DNA of 64,000 bases from a virus. Below are positions 20,459 to 29,949 of this stretch, piece after piece. The DNA is taken from positions 48,402 through 112,401 of IMG/VR virus record IMGVR_UViG_3300025141_000036; one strand, 5' to 3'. Numbering within the stretch: position 1 is the first letter of the stretch; each line of letters starts with the position of its first letter. The notes under the pieces were generated by a model. The model searched no databases, was not told where the DNA came from, and saw only the letters and a list, made by a program, of their open reading frames with translations. A program made the translations under genes and the position numbers.

Positions 20459-21412
20459 TTATAAAGAGTCAAAATAAATCACGCCACTCACCACGGCTAC
20501 GGACAACCCTAAGCCCAACATAATTTTTAAAAAGTCCCCAACGAGCATTGGAAAAATTACACTTACCTCTTTGTCTTTATTAAAGGTGCGATAAACGGCC
20601 AATTCACGCCCAGCTAGCAACCCTACAAAGACCCAAGTGGTAGACATAGGGATCGCACTGTGGATCTTAAAATACCACAAAACTAGAGCGTAGAAAAGAT
20701 CTATTAGACAGGCAGATCTTATAAAACGAGTCCCGCTTTTGGATAGGACAATTTCTTGAATCTTTCCGCCTTTTGTGTAGAATAAATGAGCCAAGCCTGC
20801 TACAAGAATCCCAATCACCCCTAACATCATAGGGAGAGTGACTCCTTCTCGAGGAAGATAAGCAAAAACATTGGCAATATCATGAGACAGCCACATATAC
20901 CACAAAAAGCCCGTAGACAACCATTGTGCCACGGACCAAAATCTTTTGTGATCTTCTCGAACCTTTTGTTTCTCATCAAAGAAGCGATGCATCACCATCC
21001 AGATAGCGTAGGCCGAAATGGCTGCTAGACCATAGCCCATTGCTGATTTTATTATAATCTTCTCAAGCACGAGACCTGTCGAAAAGGCACTCAAGGTAAG
21101 AAGTGTAGTGGAAACAGGAACCCCAAGCCTGGTTAGACCAAGCAGAAGAACCGGTGCCGCTGCATGGTACCACTGGAATACTTCCGGGAGAGGAATCTTC
21201 TCCAATCTCCCAAAAGCAATATCTCCAGAGGCCCAGCCAGACAGTAGGGTTCCCGCCAGGATGCTGGACGCAAACGCCCACATCCAATACCACTTTACTT
21301 TTTTATTATTGGAACTTATAAATGTTCCAAGAGTTTGGGCACTATCGTTTCCAATAACTGAATAAGCTGCTAATAAAAAACCGATGGTGCCAAAAATCGC
21401 CGATAAAGACAC
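20459..21412 (-). CDS. PiT-like (inorganic phosphate transporter family) membrane protein
   Basis: Multiple TM helices; duplicated signatures GNDSAQT/HDIAN and PVSTT/PMSTT. Confidence 0.7.
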   Translation of the reverse strand: MSLSAIFGTIGFLLAAYSVIGNDSAQTLGTFISSNNKKVKWYWMWAFASSILAGTLLSGWASGDIAFGRLEKIPLPEVFQWYHAAAPVLLLGLTRLGVPVSTTLLTLSAFSTGLVLEKIIIKSAMGYGLAAISAYAIWMVMHRFFDEKQKVREDHKRFWSVAQWLSTGFLWYMWLSHDIANVFAYLPREGVTLPMMLGVIGILVAGLAHLFYTKGGKIQEIVLSKSGTRFIRSACLIDLFYALVLWYFKIHSAIPMSTTWVFVGLLAGRELAVYRTFNKDKEVSVIFPMLVGDFLKIMLGLGLSVAVVSGVIYFDSL

Positions 21413-21447
21413 TTTAACCTTCCTTTATCAATAATTAGTCATCAATT

Positions 21448-22221
21448 TTAAGGACAGTGTTCTGTCTTATTAAAGTCACATTTAGAACAGGACTTTCTAT
21501 TCTTAACAAAGTTAGCAGCCTTAATAGTTCGACATCCATCTGTCAATAGTTTAGTAGCGCTCTTAGTCTTTCGGGGACCAGAAGTCACACGAAAAATTTC
21601 AACTTTATTTTCCTTAGCAGTTCTCTTGAGAAGTCCAAAGTGTGTTTCCACAAGTTTGGGGTCAAGGTTGTGCTTCTCGCAGAAAAACTTCTTGTATAAG
21701 GTTAATTGATAAGTCACTAACTTTTCCGATCGTTTCTTGGCATCCCAGCCCCAGCTGCATGATTTCCAATCAAGAATGTGATATTTACCGTCTTCTGTTT
21801 TTATAACAAGATCAATGAAGCCCTTGAGATTCCACTCATAAGTAAGCTCATCTATAGGTTCATAAAGCATCTCTTCTGTTGAGAACACCTCGTATTCTCC
21901 AAAATGTTCTTTAAGTTGCGGAAAGACAGAAGGGGAAATTTCTTTCCCCTGCTGTCGCATTTGTGTGATCATTTTGTTGTCTGGTTTATCATCCAGTTTC
22001 TTTAGTTCACACAAAAATGCTAAATCAAAATGTTCGTCATAATCGATTGGCTCCAATTCTTCTTTTGCAATGTGTTCGCAAACGCTATGAATAGCAGTAC
22101 CAAAAGCAGTAAAGACATTTCCGGTGAAGCCTTTTAATTTATCAATGTATTGCAATTTATGTTTAAAGGGGCAATCCGCCCATGTTTTCAATTCTGAAAA
22201 TGAAATGTGTTGTTTTGTCAT
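21448..22221 (-). CDS. PD-(D/E)XK RecB/Cas4-like exonuclease
   Basis: SFS...CP, GTAIH, GFIDL, DWKS, YQLTLY, C-terminal CxxC...CP. Confidence 0.85.
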   Translation of the reverse strand: MTKQHISFSELKTWADCPFKHKLQYIDKLKGFTGNVFTAFGTAIHSVCEHIAKEELEPIDYDEHFDLAFLCELKKLDDKPDNKMITQMRQQGKEISPSVFPQLKEHFGEYEVFSTEEMLYEPIDELTYEWNLKGFIDLVIKTEDGKYHILDWKSCSWGWDAKKRSEKLVTYQLTLYKKFFCEKHNLDPKLVETHFGLLKRTAKENKVEIFRVTSGPRKTKSATKLLTDGCRTIKAANFVKNRKSCSKCDFNKTEHCP

Positions 22222-22886
22222 TAGTCCTCCAAATGAACAAGTTCGTCTATTATCCTGTATAATACAGGACTTAAATCTTTTAATAATCCTTTGTTTCCTA
22301 TGAAATATTCCTCAAATCCTCGAGCAAAATATTCATTTACTGATGTTACTGCATAAGATGAAATAAAAATGTTTGACACCAGCTGATTAAGAACGTCATA
22401 ACCCACTGATTTATAAAGATAGTTATCAATTTCCTTACTATACTCTATATTGGATAAGAAGTCTTTTGGAACATCTGTAATCTGTTTTAATCTCGTAGTT
22501 AAGTTTCGCCTCTTTGCTTTAAATTCTGCTTGGATGGCGCCTGAGCCATAGACCAGATGCTCATTATTTCTCTCTACCGCATGTGCTAATTCATGAACAA
22601 TGTCATCTATCATATCTAAATCTTCTTCTTGATTGTTTGTTACGTATATCGCGCCATCTTCGTAATAAGCATTTATCTCTCGCTCTTTCATTTTTGGAAA
22701 CTGACCTACATAAATAATATCAACATTACGCGCTAAATGAAAAGGCACGCGCGAACTTATATAATTAAAAACAAAGTCAGGATCTACATTATCTGGTAGC
22801 CTATCTTTAATATAAACATCCACACCGTTTAGGTTATACACGTCCTTAAGTCTCCTTCCTTTTTTAGCTGATTCGATAATCCACAT
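22221..22886 (-). CDS. Zinc-metallopeptidase-like protein (HExxH)
   Basis: HELAH; SYAVTSVNEYFARGF. Confidence 0.6.
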   Translation of the reverse strand: MWIIESAKKGRRLKDVYNLNGVDVYIKDRLPDNVDPDFVFNYISSRVPFHLARNVDIIYVGQFPKMKEREINAYYEDGAIYVTNNQEEDLDMIDDIVHELAHAVERNNEHLVYGSGAIQAEFKAKRRNLTTRLKQITDVPKDFLSNIEYSKEIDNYLYKSVGYDVLNQLVSNIFISSYAVTSVNEYFARGFEEYFIGNKGLLKDLSPVLYRIIDELVHLED

Positions 22887-22909
22887 AATTCTTCACCGTA
22901 ATTATAACT

Positions 22910-22938
22910 AATATAACATAAAGAAATTAACTTGTCAA
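22910..22938 (-). promoter_or_regulatory. Sigma70-type promoter
   Basis: TTGACA-N17-TATATT. Confidence 0.75.
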
Positions 22939-22939
22939 A

Positions 22940-23359
22940 TTATTTGTTGGTTTTTACAATCCAATCGGCTATCGGGAGGACGACATTCCAGTTTGAATTT
23001 GGGTTTTTCATATGATGATCCCAGTGCCATCGTTGATATGATTTTGCCCACTTGGGATTACGGTGTCCATAATTGTGCAAAACGAAGAATGCTATAACAT
23101 AGACAACTGTAGCAAAATAGAACATACAACTAATGTAAAAAATAGGGAAATGGATAATAGCAAGGAATAATAAACCAACCGTTTCGATGAAAGACATTCG
23201 AATATCAATAAAATTGTTCTTTTTAGCAACGACATGATGGTCCCTCAAATGATATGCAAAGAGACTATCTTTTTTCTTGCCTCTTACATGAAATAGATGT
23301 TTGTGAATCCACCATTCCAAAAAACTTGCATAAATCGTTCCTAAAATAAATCCTATCAT
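22940..23359 (-). CDS. Fatty acid hydroxylase/sterol desaturase family protein
   Basis: EWWIHKHLFH, HLRDHH, HNYGH, HWDHH His boxes. Confidence 0.8.
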   Translation of the reverse strand: MIGFILGTIYASFLEWWIHKHLFHVRGKKKDSLFAYHLRDHHVVAKKNNFIDIRMSFIETVGLLFLAIIHFPIFYISCMFYFATVVYVIAFFVLHNYGHRNPKWAKSYQRWHWDHHMKNPNSNWNVVLPIADWIVKTNK

Positions 23360-24699
23360 AATAATTTAGCGGCGGCAGTTGCCAGCTTTGATCGCTCTCC
23401 TTTCCTAAATGTAATATGGCCGGCAAGTTCACTTCCTTTAAACTTCTCAACAGCATACGTCAAACCATTGCTTGTTTCATTCGTGTAGACATTATCTATT
23501 TGTTCGATGTCGCCGGTTAAAACAATTTTTGTGTTCTCGCCAATCCGAGTGATAATCGTCTTGACTTCATGCGCCGTTAAATTTTGGGCCTCATCTATAA
23601 TTACAAACGCATTAGAAATTGACCGACCTCTTATGTAAGTTAATGCTTCAACTTCAATTTTTCCTTTCTCTACGTAGGCTTCGAGCATAGTGCGATCATC
23701 TCCCATAAGGTGACGAATATTGTCTTGGATTGGCTTCAACCAAGGAAGCATTTTTTCTTCCATCGTTCCCGGAAGGAAACCAATGTCCTTTCCTAAAGGC
23801 TGTACAGGGCGTGAAATAATGATTCGTCGGTATTGGTCACCCTTTCCTCCCAGACCTTGTTCCAAAGCTGCTGCAATGGCCATTAAGGTCTTCCCAGAGC
23901 CTGCTTTACCTATGAGAGAAACCAGAGGAATCTCATCATCGAACAAAAGGTCAAATGCGAAGGATTGCTCTTTGTTCCGTGGAAGCACTCCCCACATCAA
24001 TTCGTTTTTAAAATCTCGGATATGTTGTAAAGGTTTAGCATAATCTGAGAATCTCGATAGCGCTGTTTTCTTTTCGTTGCTCGAAGACACAAGCATGACA
24101 AATTCGTTTGGGTGTAATATTATCTTTTGTTCGAGCACTACATCTTCATCCAAATAAACATCATCTCCGAGATAAAATTGGTTGACCAACTCTTCGTCTA
24201 CAAGAAGTTTTGTAAACCCCTCGTATATCTTGTCTGTGTTGTCAACAACTTGAGAATTGCTGTAATCTTCAGTTAATAGTGCTAGTGAATCAGCTATCAC
24301 TCTCATATTGATATCACGAGAAACCACAATTGTTTTTCTTTTCGGTGTTTCCTTTTTTATTGTCAGTGCAGTGGCCAAAATCAAATGATCCGACATCTTA
24401 TGAGTAAGGTCCTTAGGAAGCTCGTTAAGGGCTATTTCAGACGCTTTAACAACACGGAGCACCCCTAACCCCTTGGCGATGCGAACACCTCGAGAAAGGC
24501 TGCCAGCGGCTCTTAGAGTGTCAAAAGTTCTTATTGATTGTCTTGCGTGATGACCAACTGAGTCTTGTCGTTTTTTATGAAGATCTATTTCCTCCAACAC
24601 CTTAAGGGGAATAATAATATCGTTATTTTGGAATTTATAAATGCAATTAGAATCAGAAAGAAAGACGCTTGTGTCTATAATAAAATTCTTTTTAGCCAT
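23356..24699 (-). CDS. phoH: PIN-PhoH (PhoH2) protein
   Basis: IDTSVFL PIN domain; GKAGSGKT, IGFLPG, YIRGRS, DEAQN, GDIEQID. Confidence 0.92.
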   Translation of the reverse strand: MAKKNFIIDTSVFLSDSNCIYKFQNNDIIIPLKVLEEIDLHKKRQDSVGHHARQSIRTFDTLRAAGSLSRGVRIAKGLGVLRVVKASEIALNELPKDLTHKMSDHLILATALTIKKETPKRKTIVVSRDINMRVIADSLALLTEDYSNSQVVDNTDKIYEGFTKLLVDEELVNQFYLGDDVYLDEDVVLEQKIILHPNEFVMLVSSSNEKKTALSRFSDYAKPLQHIRDFKNELMWGVLPRNKEQSFAFDLLFDDEIPLVSLIGKAGSGKTLMAIAAALEQGLGGKGDQYRRIIISRPVQPLGKDIGFLPGTMEEKMLPWLKPIQDNIRHLMGDDRTMLEAYVEKGKIEVEALTYIRGRSISNAFVIIDEAQNLTAHEVKTIITRIGENTKIVLTGDIEQIDNVYTNETSNGLTYAVEKFKGSELAGHITFRKGERSKLATAAAKLL

Positions 24700-27554
24700 T
24701 ACATCTCCTTGAGTAACTGTTCTATTATTGGCTTTAACTTCCGAATAATCTGTTCCCTTCGACCCATCCTTTTATTTATTCTACTTCTTGACCGGGAGGC
24801 TGCTCTGCTTGTAACCTCCTCCTCATCTTCTGATGATTGAGTTAAGTGATTGACCAAAAGATTGATTACTGGGTGCTCTTCTCTAACTAGGGCCAGAAAT
24901 GCAACCCTATGATTATCCTTCATATTTTTCATTATTTGTTGCATTTTTTTCTTGCCGGTGGGGCCTCTAAGGTGGAGGCGCTTGGGGAAGTTATCAACTA
25001 TTTGTTTTTGTTTCTTTTTTCTTCTTGCATAAGGAGATACACTTTCCAATACCGGAGATGTCTCCTTGTTATAGAGTGTTATAAAGTTTTTGATCGCATC
25101 TCGATATTCCTCTTCCAGATTTTCCCAGTGCTCTGACTTAAAAAGAGGGGATACATATTTTTCCACCTCATCTTTGACAACAACTTCCAACTCTTCCTCA
25201 GTCTCTGGGAGGTTTTCCTCTGGAGTTTCTTCTCGAACTTTTTTCATAATCCTGTCAATCATACTTTCTTCTGATTCTTCATCGCTCGGGCCTTCTTCCG
25301 CAAACCTTCTGGCTATTTCTGCCACATCGGGAAAGTCTGGTGAGTCTGCGTCACTATCTACTGATGGCTGCGGACCCTCTTCGTCACTCAAAGACTCATC
25401 GCTGGGATCGAGAAGTGTTTTATCTGCTTTCCTTGGAACTCTCATGGGAACCCCAAAACTGTCTTCGATCGCCTTGGATAAACTTCGCATTCTTAATGCT
25501 AAGCGCTTTATATTCGAAGACGAAATTCCATCATCCTTGACAGTCATATAGAGGTCCCTCAAGACTTGCCCAAATAAACCTATTTGTTTGTCTAGTTCTT
25601 TTATGGCTGTTGCTAGAGTGACAACTTCACCTTGAGAATTAATATAAGATTGAGGAAAAAACTTTATAATTTCCTTAGCCAGATCTTTCATTTCTTCGGC
25701 GGCGGCGATTGCCTTTCTTTGTACATCTCGTGAAATCTGTTTAACTTCGGGCTCTGCTACTTCGGGCTCTGCTTCTTCGGCTTCGTTGGTCTCTTCCAAC
25801 GTCAATGAGGGTTTAAGAGAATTCACATAGATACTGCCCATTTTATTATAAATTTCCCTTATAAATTTAACCTTTTCCTCTCGAGACCCTTGTTGTTCCT
25901 GAAGTGGTTCTAGTTCTGATCCCTGTTCTGCTATTATTTTTGCCAAAAAGGCTATCAATAAACCACATTGCTCTTGAACTTGACCGAGCACGCCATAATC
26001 TCCACCTTGGCCTGTTCCCGTTAACATTCTTTCGAGACTTGTGCCATCATATCCGGCGCTTGCGCTTTGACGAAAACCAAATCGCTGATATGCATCGGCT
26101 ATTCCTCTTGCGTCTTTTAGTAAATCAGCAAAATCTCCCACTTCTCTTTTTAGTGTGATTTTATCCTTTTTTGACCATGGAATATAATTTGTTTCAGTTT
26201 CTTCTTCTTTTTCTTCATTAAAGGCTCGGCGCTGGGTTGAGCCGTCTTCGTCGGCTGGACCTCGGATAATCTCGTTAAGATTATCAATCAAGCCATAAAG
26301 CATAGATGCTTGTGTCTGCAAAAATAACTGTCCCATAAAGGATGCTGTATTAGGGGTTTGGCCAAAAAATTCGTCCATACTTTGAATTTTTGACTCATCT
26401 ATCTCTTGTTGTTGAACAATTTTATTGTCGGTGAAATCTTTCGTAACCGTCTCTTCATCCACTTCAGAGGTTTCTATTGGTGAAGGGCTTTCTGGGTCTA
26501 TCTCTGCTTCTGGTTCTTTTCTATTATATTCATTTTTAAACCACTCTAGCGCTTTACAGTATTGTGGGTGTTCCTCGGTATCGCAGTCTTCAGTCATCTT
26601 CTTGACAAAGTTTTCTCTCATTTCGGCATTTCCATCTAGAAACAATTCTGGATGGAAACCATAAGGGTTACTTTCCTCCGATGTAGCTGCAGCGTGCATC
26701 AGATAAATCAGGGGGTTGGCGAATTCGGGGTCTCTCATCTCATGATCGAAGTAAGGGTTGTTTTGTGGGAGTTCCAATGGCAATTGACTTACCATCTCTA
26801 GTTTAGCGTCGACTGAGCCTTTTTCGTCTGACGAAAAATATTTATTCATGAAAGCCTTCATACCTATCTTCTTTATTTCGGTGACCCCTGCTTCTATGAG
26901 TTTTTGCTGCCACTGATCAAAGGCACTATAGTCTTCGTCCGTGTAAGGGGCTTCATCTTTGCCAGTGGAGTCGGTATCGGGTTCTTTCGGGGAAGCTGAA
27001 GGAGGATGTGTTTTATCAAATGTTTGTTTTAGGATTTCTTTTTGTTCATCCGACAGGTCAAAGTCCGGATTTTTTTTAACATTGCCTAAGATGCGCTGGT
27101 ATGACTTAGGATCGTTGTTGATAGATTTTATGAAACTTGCAATTTGCTCATCTTCGGCGGGAGGCAATCCTGTTTTCACTGGGCTCTGGGAATCCCCTAG
27201 GGAATTAAGTTGGGCCTCGACTGCATTATTAAGAACCTTGAGTCCTTCTTCTTCTTCACCTAAAGCTTTTATAGCACTTGTTAGCCACCTTTTGTACTGT
27301 TTGGATTCGGGGCTTATTAATTTTATTATTTCTTCGGGCTTTCTGTTTGCAGCAAGCGCTCTTGTGATATAATTTCTCACTTTTGCGGCTATGTTGCCTT
27401 TCGGGGTTGCCGCTCCTTCACCCAATTCGTCTTCCACCATTATTTCTTCGACAATCAATCGATTGACGATGGATGATTCGGCTAATTTTTGTTTGAGAAT
27501 CTCTTGGATCAATGGGTGTTTAAAAACGGCGGTGGCTAGTTTTTTATTATTCAT
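24699..27554 (-). CDS. Large acidic hypothetical protein (putative virion/internal head protein)
   Basis: 951 aa, E/D-rich, several LxE motifs. Confidence 0.6.
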   Translation of the reverse strand: MNNKKLATAVFKHPLIQEILKQKLAESSIVNRLIVEEIMVEDELGEGAATPKGNIAAKVRNYITRALAANRKPEEIIKLISPESKQYKRWLTSAIKALGEEEEGLKVLNNAVEAQLNSLGDSQSPVKTGLPPAEDEQIASFIKSINNDPKSYQRILGNVKKNPDFDLSDEQKEILKQTFDKTHPPSASPKEPDTDSTGKDEAPYTDEDYSAFDQWQQKLIEAGVTEIKKIGMKAFMNKYFSSDEKGSVDAKLEMVSQLPLELPQNNPYFDHEMRDPEFANPLIYLMHAAATSEESNPYGFHPELFLDGNAEMRENFVKKMTEDCDTEEHPQYCKALEWFKNEYNRKEPEAEIDPESPSPIETSEVDEETVTKDFTDNKIVQQQEIDESKIQSMDEFFGQTPNTASFMGQLFLQTQASMLYGLIDNLNEIIRGPADEDGSTQRRAFNEEKEEETETNYIPWSKKDKITLKREVGDFADLLKDARGIADAYQRFGFRQSASAGYDGTSLERMLTGTGQGGDYGVLGQVQEQCGLLIAFLAKIIAEQGSELEPLQEQQGSREEKVKFIREIYNKMGSIYVNSLKPSLTLEETNEAEEAEPEVAEPEVKQISRDVQRKAIAAAEEMKDLAKEIIKFFPQSYINSQGEVVTLATAIKELDKQIGLFGQVLRDLYMTVKDDGISSSNIKRLALRMRSLSKAIEDSFGVPMRVPRKADKTLLDPSDESLSDEEGPQPSVDSDADSPDFPDVAEIARRFAEEGPSDEESEESMIDRIMKKVREETPEENLPETEEELEVVVKDEVEKYVSPLFKSEHWENLEEEYRDAIKNFITLYNKETSPVLESVSPYARRKKKQKQIVDNFPKRLHLRGPTGKKKMQQIMKNMKDNHRVAFLALVREEHPVINLLVNHLTQSSEDEEEVTSRAASRSRSRINKRMGRREQIIRKLKPIIEQLLKEM

Positions 27555-27733
27555 TATTTGTCCTCCCTTACCAAAGCTATATATTGTCTTACAACTGCTT
27601 GTTGTTCAGAGGGCAATGACGATAAGATCTTCTCTACATTATCTTCGAGAGATTGAGAATCCAATTCCTCTTCATTTACACGAGACAGTTCTTCTTTTAT
27701 TATTTGCTTAAGCCTTTGTCTAGATACTTTCAT
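27554..27733 (-). CDS. Small protein with MKVSRQRLKQIIKEE leader (not in ORF track)
   Basis: Manual translation, 59 aa, coupled to both neighbours. Confidence 0.7.
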   Translation of the reverse strand: MKVSRQRLKQIIKEELSRVNEEELDSQSLEDNVEKILSSLPSEQQAVVRQYIALVREDK

Positions 27734-27963
27734 TATTTAATCTCCGTCACTGAATTAGATATTTCTGGGTTGAAATCTGTTCTTAATTTAATGAGTGGGT
27801 TAAATGATGCTCTTTTTCTATCTAACAAAAGAGCTCCTTGTGGTTTTACCAACTGGCCTGTTACATCAACCCCTTCAAAGTCTATCTCTGTTCTACTCTT
27901 GTATTTGACATCACGGTCAACGTCCTGTGCAAATACTAGAAATACTAAAAACAATAAAAACAT
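27733..27963 (-). CDS. CglF/GltF-like (myxobacterial gliding-motility family) secreted protein
   Basis: Signal peptide ending ..VFA/QD; YKSRTEIDFEGVDVTGQLVKPQG..L.RKRASFNPLIKLRTDFNPEI matches the CglF pattern as I recall it. Confidence 0.75.
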   Translation of the reverse strand: MFLLFLVFLVFAQDVDRDVKYKSRTEIDFEGVDVTGQLVKPQGALLLDRKRASFNPLIKLRTDFNPEISNSVTEIK

Positions 27964-28006
27964 AATATTCCACCTCGCAGTAAATAGATTCAAAAAGATT
28001 AATGAG

Positions 28007-28252
28007 TTAATGTTCTACGGGTTTAATTCCCATCGAATTCATTTTTACTAAATATTCGAAAAAAGATTTAAGACTTTCATCTTTTGATAATTGGAACCCT
28101 ACAGAACCTACTGCTGCCACTTCATCTATAGGGATCCCTGCGTCCCCGGCGGCTTGGCACCAATACAAAATTCCTTTCATTATTTCCATTATTGCTGGGT
28201 CATTTTCTGCTTTTTGCAAGAAGGACTCGAGATTTTTATCATTTAGCTGCAT
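28007..28252 (-). CDS. Hypothetical protein
   Basis: 81-aa ORF. Confidence 0.6.
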   Translation of the reverse strand: MQLNDKNLESFLQKAENDPAIMEIMKGILYWCQAAGDAGIPIDEVAAVGSVGFQLSKDESLKSFFEYLVKMNSMGIKPVEH

Positions 28253-28670
28253 TTAATTGCTCCATTGCTTTATTAACCAACCAAGAGGATGATTGAGGTT
28301 TATCTTTTCCGCCGATTCCCCATAACATCTGAACTCCCAGTTCGTCGCACACTTCCATTTCGGGTGTATTGTCTTTTTTTCTGTCTCCTCCGTTTGCAAA
28401 GGCTGATGGCCTTAGTCTTCTGATGGCTTCGCACACAGTGCCATCGGAATCATCCACATTTGACACCACTTGAACTCCTTTAATATTTCCAAGGATAGAG
28501 ACCCTTTCTTCATAAGGCATAAAAACATAACCCTTTTTTCTTAGAAGCCACTCATCTGAATTGACTACTACTATTACAGAGCCCCAGTGGGAGGCTTCTT
28601 GAATCATTTTTACATGACCAACATGGACGGGATCGAACCCTCCGCTTACCATAATCCTTTTCATTTTCAC
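28239..28670 (-). CDS. Cytidylyltransferase-like (TagD/RfaE-II family)
   Basis: SGGFDPVHVGH, NSD, ER, FANGGDR, SSS. Confidence 0.88.
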   Translation of the reverse strand: MKMKRIMVSGGFDPVHVGHVKMIQEASHWGSVIVVVNSDEWLLRKKGYVFMPYEERVSILGNIKGVQVVSNVDDSDGTVCEAIRRLRPSAFANGGDRKKDNTPEMEVCDELGVQMLWGIGGKDKPQSSSWLVNKAMEQLNAAK

Positions 28671-29164
28671 CTCACAATAAAATTATGCCATCCGGTGGGA
28701 ACATCAATGTGATGATAAAAATCAATGATGCTAACATTTGGCACATATGGTATTTTAATTAGTCTCATAGAAGCCTCTTGGGGTGTTTTATTACCCTTTT
28801 TCTGATTACAAGATAAACAGCATGTCACAAGGTTTAACCATCCTCTTCCGCCACCTCTTGATTTAGGGATAATGTGATCTAGTGACAAAAATTTATATTT
28901 AAACTGCCCTAAGCAATATTGACAAGTATATTTATCTCTCCAATAAATGTTTTTTCGGGTGGGGCTCATTGAGACTCTTTTTTTTTGAACATAACTCTTT
29001 AATACAATTACCGATGGAAACAAAAAACGGGCACAAGGCCCGTGAGTGTAATCCTCAACAGACTGTGCCCGCCCAGTATAAACCATAGAGAATCCTTTCT
29101 CTGCTGGTATAATTTCTATAGGTCGCCAAGAGGCGTCCAGTTTTAGCGTCATCAAGTTTCCCAC
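28667..29164 (-). CDS. HNH endonuclease (McrA-like)
   Basis: RDKYTCQYC...DHIIPKSRGG...NLVTCCLSCNQKK. Confidence 0.9.
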   Translation of the reverse strand: MGNLMTLKLDASWRPIEIIPAEKGFSMVYTGRAQSVEDYTHGPCARFLFPSVIVLKSYVQKKRVSMSPTRKNIYWRDKYTCQYCLGQFKYKFLSLDHIIPKSRGGGRGWLNLVTCCLSCNQKKGNKTPQEASMRLIKIPYVPNVSIIDFYHHIDVPTGWHNFIVR

Positions 29165-29171
29165 ATAATAA

Positions 29172-29495
29172 TTAGGCCTTTGACATAAGTTTCGACGCCG
29201 CTCCGTCGGGAGTTAATTTGGAACTTACCACCTCTGGCATGTTAAAATTGTCAACAAACGATTTTAGTTCCCCAAATGCTTTCTTATAATCTGGTTCCAT
29301 AACAACTTCAGTTTTTCCTCCGTGTCCATGGATAGCATGAACTTCTCCAATTGAATCATAAACAGTTACACTAGGATGTTCTGATAACCACGTGACTGCG
29401 ACCTTACCATTATCAAAGACGAATCCTTGGGCAACTCTACCTGTGCCGCTGATTCCGCTTTCGTCTTCAGTTCTATTTAAATAAAATATTTTCAT
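29172..29495 (-). CDS. Conserved phage hypothetical protein
   Basis: LNRTEDESGISGTGRVAQG...HGHGGKT. Confidence 0.65.
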   Translation of the reverse strand: MKIFYLNRTEDESGISGTGRVAQGFVFDNGKVAVTWLSEHPSVTVYDSIGEVHAIHGHGGKTEVVMEPDYKKAFGELKSFVDNFNMPEVVSSKLTPDGAASKLMSKA

Positions 29496-29508
29496 ACTAT
29501 TGGTTCTC

Positions 29509-29949
29509 CTAGATCCATTCATAATCATCATCGCTACTGGAGTCTTCTTCAAGTTCTTCTGTTTCTTCATTGTTTATAGCTTCCCTTTTTTTAAGTTCGT
29601 TAACTGATTCTATTTTTGTTTCTTCTAATCCTCGAAAATCTCTCATTATCTCGGCGTGTTGTGTAGAAATGAATTGTAAAACAGATGTAAAAATTTCAAA
29701 CACATCCTGTTGATAAGGAACCATAAATAGCGTTGAGCTAACTATTTGAATTTGCATCCCGAGTTGCATTTCTAATGTTTCCACATCAAGAGCACCATCG
29801 TCCTTTAAATAGGCCGTAAATTCGGTTTCTTCCTCAAAAAACTCCAACATTTTTAACAAATAAAATTGCTCTTCTTCAGCACTATCTAGGTTTAAATTAA
29901 TTCCATTCATTAAAATTTCTTTAATACCCGAGGAAACAAAACTACTCAT
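29509..29949 (-). CDS. Hypothetical acidic protein
   Basis: 146-aa ORF. Confidence 0.55.
   Translation of the reverse strand: MSSFVSSGIKEILMNGINLNLDSAEEEQFYLLKMLEFFEEETEFTAYLKDDGALDVETLEMQLGMQIQIVSSTLFMVPYQQDVFEIFTSVLQFISTQHAEIMRDFRGLEETKIESVNELKKREAINNEETEELEEDSSSDDDYEWI

Noticed and set aside
21448-22221. Cas4 as part of a CRISPR system
   Set aside because: It is a solo RecB/Cas4-like nuclease of a kind common in phages; no array or other cas genes are in the window.
28667-29164. HNH as an intron-encoded homing endonuclease
   Set aside because: It is a free-standing McrA-like gene between intact neighbours; no split gene or intron structure is evident.
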